IMG/VR virus record: IMGVR_UViG_3300029787_000001
Span: 64,001 to 128,000 of that record
Source of the DNA: a virus
DNA length: 64,000 nucleotides
Strand: one strand, 5' to 3'
Every line of letters begins with the position of its first letter. Within the stretch, counting starts at the first letter, position 1. Shown piece after piece: positions 24,872 through 34,081 of this stretch. The position numbers and the translations under genes were made by a program. A model generated the notes under the pieces. It had not been told where the DNA came from. It was given only the letters and a program-made list of their open reading frames with translations, and did not search any database.

Positions 24872-26085
24872 AAAGAAATAGTTGTCTTGTGTGCGGCTCT
24901 AAGTCGCTTGAGATTATTGTTGATCTTGGCAATCATGCTTTTGCAGATACATTTGTCCCTATTGACAAGAAAAATGATCAACTAGTTACATACAATTTAT
25001 CATGTGCAATCTGCCATGATTGTGGCAATATTCAAACTTGTTCAAAGACAAATCCAAGTGATAGATATTCGTTGTTTGATTATTCCTATACATCATCTAA
25101 TTCAAGAACTTCACAAAACCATTGGAAGAGTTTTTGCCTTGACGTTGCTAAGAAAATTAAATTAAATAAAAAAGCTTTTGTCATAGAGGTCGGCTCAAAT
25201 GATGGCTATCTTCTTGAACAGTTTAAGAAAAACTTCGACGCTGATGTTCTAGGTATCGATGCATCCAAGCACGTCTCGGATATAGCAAATCAAAATGGCA
25301 TTGAGACAAAAGTTGCAATCTTTGATAGTAAAGTATCAAAGGGTGTGTTAAACAATTACGGCATGGCAGATTTAATAGTTGCTAATAATGTTTTTAATCA
25401 CTCTGAAGATCCTGTAGATTTTGCAAAGGCGGTGGCTGCTTTATTGAAAAATAACGGTGTCTTTGTTTTTGAAGTTCCTTATTGGAAGTCCGCTGTTGAT
25501 TCTGAAAAGATAGACCAAATTTACCATGAGCACGTTAGTTATATGACTGTAAAAAGTGTTAAGAAGACGCTGGAACTATCTGGGCTAAATATCATCGATG
25601 TGCAGGTTGTTGATTACCATGGTGGCTCATTGAGAGTATATTGCGGACCGTCTGTGTCTAAAGAACCACAAGTGGTTGATGATATGATAAATAATGAGGA
25701 CGCATCCGGCATCTTCAAAAAAGACACTTACAAGCTGTTATTGGAAAAAATTGACAATAAAAAGATAAACTTAATGAGAAAAATCTATGATATCAAAAAG
25801 TCTGGTGGCTCTCTCATATGTGTTGGTGCCGCCGCCAAGGGCAATACTTTTTTGACATTTTTAAATTTAGATAATTCAATCATAGATTATGTGACCGATG
25901 CATCTGAATACAAGCAAGGCAAATTCACACCTCTTACGTCAATACCAATTTGTGGCGATGATATTTTTAGAGAATATAATGAAGTATATGCAATAATACT
26001 ATCTTGGAATATTTCTGGTAAATTAAAAGAAAAGTTACATGAAATTAATTCCAAAATTAAATTTTTAGTTTTTGATGATTTTTAA
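24868..26085 (+). CDS. NDP-sugar C-methyltransferase (Zn-binding, class I SAM)
   Basis: CLVCGS..CHDCG Zn site; EVGSNDG; ANNVFNH; YHEH; HGGSLR; GAAAKGNT. Confidence 0.85.
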   Translation: MKRNSCLVCGSKSLEIIVDLGNHAFADTFVPIDKKNDQLVTYNLSCAICHDCGNIQTCSKTNPSDRYSLFDYSYTSSNSRTSQNHWKSFCLDVAKKIKLNKKAFVIEVGSNDGYLLEQFKKNFDADVLGIDASKHVSDIANQNGIETKVAIFDSKVSKGVLNNYGMADLIVANNVFNHSEDPVDFAKAVAALLKNNGVFVFEVPYWKSAVDSEKIDQIYHEHVSYMTVKSVKKTLELSGLNIIDVQVVDYHGGSLRVYCGPSVSKEPQVVDDMINNEDASGIFKKDTYKLLLEKIDNKKINLMRKIYDIKKSGGSLICVGAAAKGNTFLTFLNLDNSIIDYVTDASEYKQGKFTPLTSIPICGDDIFREYNEVYAIILSWNISGKLKEKLHEINSKIKFLVFDDF

Positions 26086-26097
26086 TCGGAGTAATAA

Positions 26098-26508
26098 ATG
26101 ATAAAAAGAAACGCTTGGAACGATATTAGAGCACCCCTTGAGTTCCATGAAGATGACAGGGGTAAGATAGCTGACATTTTTTATAAGGGTTCCATAGAAC
26201 ATGTTGCCATAATTAAATCTAAACCCGGCTCTATTCGAGGCAATCACTACCATGAGGAATCCACTCAGCATATGTTGATTACAAAAGGAAGTTTAGAATA
26301 TTGGTATAAAAAATTAGATACAGACGAAGAACCACAGTGTGTTATAATGCAAGAGGGTGATATAATATCTACCCCTCCCTTTGAAGTTCACGCACTTAAA
26401 ATTATCGATGAAAACGAATTCATTGTTTTTAGTGAGGGTCGTCGCGGCGGTCAAGATTATGAAAGCGATACAATAAGAATTGATGGCAACATTATTGGAG
26501 GATTGTGA
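26098..26508 (+). CDS. Cupin-fold sugar epimerase/isomerase
   Basis: HEDDRG, RGNHYH, TPPFEVH. Confidence 0.75.
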   Translation: MIKRNAWNDIRAPLEFHEDDRGKIADIFYKGSIEHVAIIKSKPGSIRGNHYHEESTQHMLITKGSLEYWYKKLDTDEEPQCVIMQEGDIISTPPFEVHALKIIDENEFIVFSEGRRGGQDYESDTIRIDGNIIGGL

Positions 26509-26509
26509 T

Positions 26510-27079
26510 ATGAGCGAACCTATCAGACTTCATTTGGGCTGCGGTCATAGGTACTTGCCGGGCTTCGTGCATGTAGATCAGGACCCACTTGAGCATGTGG
26601 AACATGTTCTTGATATCAAAGACTTGTCTATTTTTGAGGACAATAGCGTAGATGAAATCTACTCTTGTGGAGTTGTTGTTTATTTTGATAGATTCCAAAT
26701 CAAAGACGTTCTCAAAGAATGGAGTCGCGTTTTAAAGAGCGGAGGAAAACTTAGAATTTCCATTGCAGATTTTGAAAAAATGGTGCAAGTCTACCTAGAT
26801 AGCGGAAAAGTTCTTGAGTCTCGTGGCATTCTTGGTCCGCTATTTGGTAGATGGGAGATTACTGAAGACGGAGAATCAAAAATGATTTATCAAACCACGA
26901 CATATGATTTTAAGTCTTTAGAAAAAGTATTGATAGGCTGCGGCTTTGCTTCGGTTGAAAGATACGATTGGCGAGATTTCTTACCGGAGGGCTTTGATGA
27001 TTATTCCAGAGCCTACATCCCCCATATGGATGAAACCGGACTACATTTATCTCTAAATGTGGTATGTGAAAAAAGATGA
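26510..27079 (+). CDS. SAM-dependent methyltransferase (type 11-like)
   Basis: RLHLGCG, VHVD, EWSRVLKSGG; start at ATG 26510 after GGAGG. Confidence 0.8.
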   Translation: MSEPIRLHLGCGHRYLPGFVHVDQDPLEHVEHVLDIKDLSIFEDNSVDEIYSCGVVVYFDRFQIKDVLKEWSRVLKSGGKLRISIADFEKMVQVYLDSGKVLESRGILGPLFGRWEITEDGESKMIYQTTTYDFKSLEKVLIGCGFASVERYDWRDFLPEGFDDYSRAYIPHMDETGLHLSLNVVCEKR

Positions 27080-27543
27080 AATCTGTAACCAACAATAAAC
27101 TCAGCAGTGATTGCTGGTGGCCACCGGGCTATAATGTTCAGCCACACAGAATTATGATGGCAAATCTTAATTTTGTCACTGATTCTATTGTTGACAGGGT
27201 TAACGTTGAATCTAGAACAATACTGTCACTCAAACCTACCTTGATAAAGGAGACACCTCATTATCAGTATGCTATGGGAAATATTCAGCCCTATAAAGAG
27301 TATTTGGAAAAATGCAAACATATAACATGGGCGAGAGCAGCCATCAATCAAGAACACATAGACCTCCAGTTTATGTTTGATAAATTTGATAAAATTTTAA
27401 ATACTGATCTGTCTTATTTGGACCCACCGCACCAAGATAAATATATTATCATAAATCGAAATAAACAAATAATTGATGGCTTACACCGAGCAGTTGCTCT
27501 GATGAGTCAAGGCATAGAGGAAGTGCCAATAGCTTTAGTATAG
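27076..27543 (+). CDS. Hypothetical protein with ParB/Srx-like DGxHR motif
   Basis: IIDGLHRAVAL near C-terminus. Confidence 0.5.
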   Translation: MKSVTNNKLSSDCWWPPGYNVQPHRIMMANLNFVTDSIVDRVNVESRTILSLKPTLIKETPHYQYAMGNIQPYKEYLEKCKHITWARAAINQEHIDLQFMFDKFDKILNTDLSYLDPPHQDKYIIINRNKQIIDGLHRAVALMSQGIEEVPIALV

Positions 27544-27552
27544 GAATTCATT

Positions 27553-28245
27553 GTGCTTTTACCTTTGATAAATAATGACAAAAGATTTATAGTATGCTGG
27601 AATGCAAAAGCTGGCTGTACTGCGGTTAAACGATGGTATTTGGGAACAATGGGTGTCAACCCTGATGAGGTTAATCCGCACAAAGTAATAGCAGCCAATG
27701 CTCCACATATTAGCCCCACGCAAATACAACATCATTATGGAGATTATTATAAATTTATAGTCTGTAGAAATCCATGGAAAAGAATAGTAAGCTATTACAA
27801 AAATAAAAAAGTTGCTGTTTGGTGGAAAAATAAGACATGGCCAATAGACACGAGAGTCAGGAACTTGAATAGTGAAGACTTCACGTTCAGACAGTTAGTG
27901 TATTATGTGTGCCAAACTCCAGATCATTTTTTGGAACAACATATTCAAAGCCAAACCAGTCAATTAGGCGACATAGCTTTTAATAGCGTAGTAAAATTAG
28001 AGAACTTCAGTTCAGATATGAATGAGGTTTGTGATATACTAGGAATAAGCTATAGAAATTTTTCAAATCCAAACAAGACATTAGAAACCACAAACAAGGT
28101 GAATGTTAGTGATTTAAATCCTAAAGAATTTACTAACGACAACATGCCATCTTATGAGTGCTTTTACGATGATGAATTAAGAAATATGATTTTTGAAAAG
28201 TTTAAAAAAGATATAGAATACTTCAATTACAAATTTGAGAATTAA
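27553..28245 (+). CDS. Sulfotransferase family 2 (carbohydrate sulfotransferase-like)
   Basis: 5'-PSB-like NAKAGCT; 3'-PB-like FIVCRNPWKRIVSYY; HIQSQ; VVKLEN. Confidence 0.8.
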   Translation: MLLPLINNDKRFIVCWNAKAGCTAVKRWYLGTMGVNPDEVNPHKVIAANAPHISPTQIQHHYGDYYKFIVCRNPWKRIVSYYKNKKVAVWWKNKTWPIDTRVRNLNSEDFTFRQLVYYVCQTPDHFLEQHIQSQTSQLGDIAFNSVVKLENFSSDMNEVCDILGISYRNFSNPNKTLETTNKVNVSDLNPKEFTNDNMPSYECFYDDELRNMIFEKFKKDIEYFNYKFEN

Positions 28246-28246
28246 T

Positions 28247-28660
28247 ATGAAAAAGATTTTTTCAAAGGTAGAAAAAGGGCTGTTATTACATGCCATCCAT
28301 CGTTATGAAGATATAACCGAGAAGAGAGCAGACATAAGCCCAGAAGAAGAATTTTTACAGGTCTCCACCTTTCGTTTAAAAAAAGATAAGACCTTCCGGG
28401 CTCACTATCACATAGAAAACATAAAAGAGACGAATCGAACGCAAGAATCTTGGGTTGTAATAAAAGGCTCTGTTAAAGTTATGTTATATGATATTGACAA
28501 GAGGCTAATCTCAGAAGAGATATTAAAGCAAGGTGATTGCACTGTTACTTTTCGTGGCGGACACAATTATCTATGTCTAGAGGACGATACGGTCGTTTAT
28601 GAATACAAAACAGGACCCTACCAAGGTCAAAAATTAGATAAAGAGTTCATATATGTTTGA
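28247..28660 (+). CDS. WbuC-like cupin-fold protein
   Basis: FRAHYH, QESWVVIKG, GGHNY, EYKTGPY. Confidence 0.7.
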   Translation: MKKIFSKVEKGLLLHAIHRYEDITEKRADISPEEEFLQVSTFRLKKDKTFRAHYHIENIKETNRTQESWVVIKGSVKVMLYDIDKRLISEEILKQGDCTVTFRGGHNYLCLEDDTVVYEYKTGPYQGQKLDKEFIYV

Positions 28661-29465
28661 TAAAACAAAAATTTGCCTCGTGCAAAACACATTAGGTCCA
28701 AATGTCTACGGTGGTCTTTTTACTCAGGACGAAAATACTGATGTGGTAGCATATGTTGACTATGCAATTGGTAACGCTAAAAAAGAAGATCAAAGATTAA
28801 AAGTGGCCATATTGGTTGAGCCCGCCGTCGTTAATTCAAGTTTATATAATTGGATTGAAAATAATCATTCTCTATTTGATCTTGTTTTGACTCACAACAA
28901 GGCACTGTCTGAAAAAAATGAAAAGTTTAAATACTACCCAGTCTGGCCTAGAATTTGGATACCTAAACCCGATAGAAAAATCTATGACAAGACAAAAAAG
29001 GTATCTGCTATATTTTCTAACAGAAATCAAACAATTGGGCACAAAACTAGGCACGTTATAGCCAAGCAGTTCTCTAGTTTGATTGATTTGTATGGCAAGG
29101 GGTATAACCCAATAGAAACAAAAACAGAGGGCATTTCTGACTACATGTATCATGTTGTAGTAGAGAATGAGCAGCGTGGATATGCTAGTGAGAAAGTAAA
29201 TGATTCTTTTTGTTGCGGCTCTATACCAATATACTGGGGTGATGATACATCAAATGTGTTGGACTTTTATAACAAAGATGGCATTTTGATGTTTGAGACT
29301 ATGGAAGAATTAGAAAATATTTTACTAAACATTGCATCAGAGACGTATTACAATAGTAAAAAAGAAGCCATAGAGGAAAATTTCAATAAAGCAGCCAACT
29401 TGTCTTTAGACAAAATTTATTGGGATTATGGTATAGAAAATTTCTTAAGACAGAGAGGGTTCTAA
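28653..29465 (+). CDS. Glycosyltransferase family 10-like (alpha-1,3-fucosyltransferase family)
   Basis: YHVVVEN...YASEKVNDSF..GSIPIYWG matches the GT10 donor-binding motif. Confidence 0.7.
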   Translation: MFDKTKICLVQNTLGPNVYGGLFTQDENTDVVAYVDYAIGNAKKEDQRLKVAILVEPAVVNSSLYNWIENNHSLFDLVLTHNKALSEKNEKFKYYPVWPRIWIPKPDRKIYDKTKKVSAIFSNRNQTIGHKTRHVIAKQFSSLIDLYGKGYNPIETKTEGISDYMYHVVVENEQRGYASEKVNDSFCCGSIPIYWGDDTSNVLDFYNKDGILMFETMEELENILLNIASETYYNSKKEAIEENFNKAANLSLDKIYWDYGIENFLRQRGF

Positions 29466-30061
29466 TGAGTTTTGATGTTGTAGAAGAATTTGAAAAAGAA
29501 ATTGCTAATTATTTTGGTGCGCCTCATGCCGTAGCAGTAGATTGCTGTACCCACGGGCTTGAGTTATGCTTGAGACACCAAAAGATAAATCACTACACCA
29601 CCCCCAAGAGAACCTATATATCTGTGCCGCTCTTAGCCAGAAAATTAAATATCACTTTTGATTGGAGAGACGAAAACTGGCAAGAATACTACTGTTTAGG
29701 GGGCACCAATATTGTTGATGCTGCGGTTTTATGGAGGGAAAACTCTTATGTGCCGGGCATGTTTATGTGCTTAAGTTTTCAGTTCAGAAAACATTTGAGT
29801 CTCGGAAGAGGCGGAATGATATTAACAGATGATGAAGAATCTGCTATAATATTGAAAAAGATGTCTTACGATGGAAGGTTGCCTAATATTCCATGGCGTC
29901 AACAAAATATTAACACTATGGGATATCACTATTACATGACTCCCGAAACAGCACAAAGAGGCTTAGACAAACTTACAGATGCCAAAACAACAGTTCCAAA
30001 AAAATGGTCTGTTGAGGATTGGCCAGATTTAACCCACATGGAGATTTTTAAGAATGACTAA
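29465..30061 (+). CDS. Short DegT/DnrJ/EryC1/StrS PLP aminotransferase
   Basis: FEKEIANYFGAPHAVAVDCCTHGL, DAA, LSFQFRKHL..GRGGMILT; only 198 aa. Confidence 0.75.
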   Translation: MSFDVVEEFEKEIANYFGAPHAVAVDCCTHGLELCLRHQKINHYTTPKRTYISVPLLARKLNITFDWRDENWQEYYCLGGTNIVDAAVLWRENSYVPGMFMCLSFQFRKHLSLGRGGMILTDDEESAIILKKMSYDGRLPNIPWRQQNINTMGYHYYMTPETAQRGLDKLTDAKTTVPKKWSVEDWPDLTHMEIFKND

Positions 30062-31031
30062 AAAAAGAGCGCTAATTACTGGAATTAATGGACAAGATGG
30101 AAGCTATCTCACTGAGCACCTAAGCGCTTTGGGATATGAGGTACACGGAATTGTCAGAAGACACTCGGTTGCCGAAAACCAAAATTATAGATTAAGCAAG
30201 ATTGAAGGATTGGAAGATGTTCACTCGCATTACGGCGACCTTTTAGATTATCCTTCTCTTGTCAGAGTTGTAAGCGAGGTCATGCCTGATGAGATTTACA
30301 ATTTGGGTGCTATGAGTCATGTGAGGGTTAGCTTCGATATGCCATCATTTACGATTCAGACTAACGCTCTTGGGGTTCTTCACATGCTAGAGGTTTATAG
30401 AGCCATATGCCCACAAGCTAAATTTTATCAGGCTAGTTCCTCTGAGATGTTTGGCAACTCTGTTGACTCTGACGGGGTTCAGCGCCTAACAACCCCAATG
30501 AATCCGGTGAGCCCCTATGGCTGCGCCAAGGTGATGGGTTACAATTTGGTTAGACATTATCGCCATGCTTACGGACTTCATGCCTGTAATGGCATTTTGT
30601 TTAATCACGAATCTCCTCGACGTGGAACAAACTTTGTTACCAACAAGGTTGTTAATGGCGCTGTTGCAATTAAGAAGGGTCTGCAAAGCAAGTTAGAGCT
30701 TGGTAATATGGACTCGCAGAGAGATTGGGGGCACTCAAAGGATTATGTGCGTGCGATGCATATGATTATCAATCATGATACCCCAGAAGAATTTATTGTC
30801 GCCACCGGAGAAACACACTCAGTTAGAGATCTATGTGAAACTGTGTTTAGTAAACTGGGCATGGATTACAGAGACTACATTGTCCAAAATCCCAAGTATA
30901 TGCGTCCAGAGGAACTAAAGTACCTGTGTGGTGATTCTTCAAAGTCTAGAGAAGTATTAGGCTGGAAGCCGGAATACACATTTGAAACAATGCTTGATGA
31001 GATGATTGAAAGATGGGAGTCAGAGCTTTGA
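30054..31031 (+). CDS. gmd: GDP-mannose 4,6-dehydratase
   Basis: ALITGINGQDGSYL, SHVRVSF, FYQASSSEMFG, PVSPYGCAK, LFNHESPRRG, RDWGH. Confidence 0.95.
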   Translation: MTKKRALITGINGQDGSYLTEHLSALGYEVHGIVRRHSVAENQNYRLSKIEGLEDVHSHYGDLLDYPSLVRVVSEVMPDEIYNLGAMSHVRVSFDMPSFTIQTNALGVLHMLEVYRAICPQAKFYQASSSEMFGNSVDSDGVQRLTTPMNPVSPYGCAKVMGYNLVRHYRHAYGLHACNGILFNHESPRRGTNFVTNKVVNGAVAIKKGLQSKLELGNMDSQRDWGHSKDYVRAMHMIINHDTPEEFIVATGETHSVRDLCETVFSKLGMDYRDYIVQNPKYMRPEELKYLCGDSSKSREVLGWKPEYTFETMLDEMIERWESEL

Positions 31032-31243
31032 ATATTTCAGTGGGAAGCCTTATAAAGTGGTATGAAGAATATTCAGATGGCATCGTTAAAGATGCTGGTA
31101 CTGGGATATTGGTACAAATAAGAGGACCGCGCCCATATGGAAACAGTTACAAAGTTTATAGAAATAAATTTAAAGACTTTATCTGGGTATCTCAAACATG
31201 CATAGAGAAGATAGAATATGAAGATATTGATAACAGGACATAA
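31028..31243 (+). CDS. Small hypothetical protein (possible SH3/KOW-like)
   Basis: TTG start coupled to gmd stop after GGGAG; ISVGSLIKW...GILV pattern. Confidence 0.55.
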   Translation: MNISVGSLIKWYEEYSDGIVKDAGTGILVQIRGPRPYGNSYKVYRNKFKDFIWVSQTCIEKIEYEDIDNRT

Positions 31244-32054
31244 AGGATATATTGGTAGTAAACTTTTTACAAAATTAAACAATGAAACAAACATTGTTCA
31301 TGGTATTGATTTAAAAGATGGAAAAGATGTAATCAAGGATCTACCAGATGCAAATTGTGATTATGTTTTCCACCTCGCAGCCCTTCCTAGCGTGCAGCAA
31401 TCAGTAGATGCGCCTTCCGACACATTCAGAAACAATGCTTATTCTACCTCGGTGCTTCTTGAGTGGGCTAAAAAACATAATGTAAAGCGCGTTATCTTTT
31501 CTTCCTCTGCCGCCGCTGCCAATGTAACATCACCTTATGGGCTTCATAAAAGAATTTCAGAACAAGAGTGCAAGCTATATTCAGATTTATATGGATTAGA
31601 CACTGTTTGTCTCCGTTATTACAATGTCTATTCTGAAGATCAAAAATATGGTGGTTCACACTCCACAGCGATAAGTGCTTGGATGCAGATGATTCGTGAA
31701 GGCAGAGCACTTCGTATAGATGGAGATGGAGAGCAGACAAGAGATTTTGTACATGTTGACGATGTTGTCTCTGCTAACATTTTTTGCATGAATCAAGGTA
31801 AACTATTTGCTGGCGCAATATATGACGTTGCTAGCGGTGCTTCATGCTCCCTAAATTCAGCTAGAGAGATAATAAAAAGAAAACACAATGTAACTTGGAG
31901 CGAAAATCCAGAAAGAAAAGGTGACATTAAGTATTCACACTCAGACATTTCTGGGTTATTATCTCTTGGATGGAAGCCGTCTATTACTATAGAAGATGGC
32001 TTACAAAGATGTTTTTCAAAGGATAATTTATGTGCGGAATCTTTGGCTCAGTAG
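31218..32054 (+). CDS. NAD-dependent epimerase/dehydratase (extended SDR)
   Basis: ILITGHKGYIG, FHLAA, FSSS, YGLHK, LRYYNVY, RDFVHVDD. Confidence 0.9.
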   Translation: MKILITGHKGYIGSKLFTKLNNETNIVHGIDLKDGKDVIKDLPDANCDYVFHLAALPSVQQSVDAPSDTFRNNAYSTSVLLEWAKKHNVKRVIFSSSAAAANVTSPYGLHKRISEQECKLYSDLYGLDTVCLRYYNVYSEDQKYGGSHSTAISAWMQMIREGRALRIDGDGEQTRDFVHVDDVVSANIFCMNQGKLFAGAIYDVASGASCSLNSAREIIKRKHNVTWSENPERKGDIKYSHSDISGLLSLGWKPSITIEDGLQRCFSKDNLCAESLAQ

Positions 32055-33850
32055 CCGATAAAGTAGAATACAAATCAATCAAGCAGGGTCTCAAAAACCT
32101 TGCTTATCGTGGTTATGACTCGGCGGGCATCGCCGTAGCAACCTCGCAAGGAATTGTGATCGAGAGAGCAGAGGGTCACCCCAAGTTTCTCCCCGACCTT
32201 GATCTAAGAGGAACTGTGGCAATCGGACATAACCGATGGGCAACTCACTCTCCTCCAACTAAGGACAACTCGCACCCTTACACCTCTAACGACAACAAGA
32301 TTAGCCTTGTTCACAACGGAATCATCGAGAACTACGTTGAGGTTAAGAGGTTTCTGGAAGAGAAGGGGTTTACTTTCTATTCTCAGACGGACACGGAAGT
32401 TCTCCCCAACCTTATTCAGTATTACCTCTCACAAGGAGACGATCTCCGTGCAGCTATGAGGCATACGGCAAGACAAGTTGAGGGTGCGTTTGGTGTAATC
32501 TTCATTCACGCCGATTACCCAAATCAGATGAATTTGATGAAACTTGGCTCACCGATGTATGTCGGTCGTGCTGACGACGCCGTCTATGTTTGTTCCGATG
32601 CTTATTCCTTCCCCGAAGAGGTGAAGGCTTTCTCATCTATTGATGATAGCAAGATTCTTATTATTCGTAAGGATTCTGTCGATGTTCAAGATTTGAACGG
32701 AACTAAGCTAACTCTGATCTTTGAAGAAAAAGATGTCTCTGCTGACACCTACTGCCTTGGTAAATACGATCACTACATGCAGAAGGAAATCTATGAGCAG
32801 TTTGATTATGTGATGTCCGCGCTCATGGGAAGAATTAAGGACACTGAAATTGTCCTTGGAGGTCTCCAAGACTGCATAGAGAGCTTCTCAGAGAGTAGCC
32901 AAATAATCTACACAGGATGCGGCTCTGCCAACAATGCTGCAAAAGTAGGCGCTCTTGCTATGGAAGAGATAGGCAAGTTGATGACCCGAAACATGCCAGC
33001 AGGAGAACTAAAATATAGAGATGCGCTTGTGGACGATAAGTCTTGGCTTGTAACAGTCTCACAGTCAGGAGAGACCGCTGATGTAATCGGATGCATAAAG
33101 AACATGAAAGCAAAAGGCGCGAGCGTTCTTGGCGTCGTGAACACCCCAAACTCCACCATTTATCAGATGACTGATTGTGGCATTCACATTCGCGCTGGCA
33201 AAGAAGTTTCCGTAGCCTCTACCAAGGCAGTAACAAACCAGATGCTTGCTATGCTCCTTCTCGCTTACAAGATAGGTCTTGAGAACGGATGCTCCTACCG
33301 AGAATACAAAGAATTCGTCAAGGAAGCTCAGCAGTTGCCTTATTTTATAAATAAGGCTATTGGTCAAGAAGGAAAAATTAATAGCATCTGTGCCACTTAC
33401 AAGGGCTCTAAGACTGCTTTTGTGATAGGTCGTAACGTTCTCGAACCAATTGCAGATGAGATTGCTCTCAAGATTAAGGAGATTTCTTACATCCACGCCG
33501 AAGGTTATTCTGGCTCTGAACTCAAGCACGGTCCCTTGGCTCTCATAGACGACCAGATTCTCAACATTTGCCTGCTTGATAAGAACTTCTACCCAGAGAA
33601 GACTATCAGCAACATCGAAGAGATTCGCGCCAGAGGTGGTAAAGTTATTTTAATAACAAACTACACAAAACACGAAATAGGTAATAAAATATATGATAGG
33701 TTGATTAGCGCCGAAACGGGAAGCAACAAGTACATAACTGCAATGGTGTTTAACATCATTGGTCAAATTGTTTCCTATCATCTTGCTCTCCATAATGGTA
33801 GAGACGTTGATCTTCCGAGAAACCTCGCAAAGAGCGTAACCGTCGAATAA
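32030..33850 (+). CDS. glmS: Glutamine--fructose-6-phosphate aminotransferase
   Basis: MCGIFG, YRGYDSAG, GHNRWATH, VHNGIIEN, SQSGETAD, ELKHGP, PRNLAKSVTVE. Confidence 0.97.
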   Translation: MCGIFGSVADKVEYKSIKQGLKNLAYRGYDSAGIAVATSQGIVIERAEGHPKFLPDLDLRGTVAIGHNRWATHSPPTKDNSHPYTSNDNKISLVHNGIIENYVEVKRFLEEKGFTFYSQTDTEVLPNLIQYYLSQGDDLRAAMRHTARQVEGAFGVIFIHADYPNQMNLMKLGSPMYVGRADDAVYVCSDAYSFPEEVKAFSSIDDSKILIIRKDSVDVQDLNGTKLTLIFEEKDVSADTYCLGKYDHYMQKEIYEQFDYVMSALMGRIKDTEIVLGGLQDCIESFSESSQIIYTGCGSANNAAKVGALAMEEIGKLMTRNMPAGELKYRDALVDDKSWLVTVSQSGETADVIGCIKNMKAKGASVLGVVNTPNSTIYQMTDCGIHIRAGKEVSVASTKAVTNQMLAMLLLAYKIGLENGCSYREYKEFVKEAQQLPYFINKAIGQEGKINSICATYKGSKTAFVIGRNVLEPIADEIALKIKEISYIHAEGYSGSELKHGPLALIDDQILNICLLDKNFYPEKTISNIEEIRARGGKVILITNYTKHEIGNKIYDRLISAETGSNKYITAMVFNIIGQIVSYHLALHNGRDVDLPRNLAKSVTVE

Positions 33851-33856
33851 GGAGAA

Positions 33857-34081
33857 TTGATGAGTAACGGAACTTTTAAACTTTCAAATCAGGCACTTGG
33901 TGCCGTAATGATGGCTCTACAAGAGTCGCTATTAAATGAGTTGGACATTGTGCCGATTCTTAAGGGTTTTGAATTGACACAAGGAGAAGAGGGACTTGTA
34001 GTAACTAACCCTCCAACTGTTCGAGTGTCGAGCAACCAAACAGTTACGGATGAAGATTTAACCACGATGGTAGGCGAATAG
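33857..34081 (+). CDS. Hypothetical protein
   Basis: RBS AAGGAG; compact ORF. Confidence 0.65.
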   Translation: MMSNGTFKLSNQALGAVMMALQESLLNELDIVPILKGFELTQGEEGLVVTNPPTVRVSSNQTVTDEDLTTMVGE

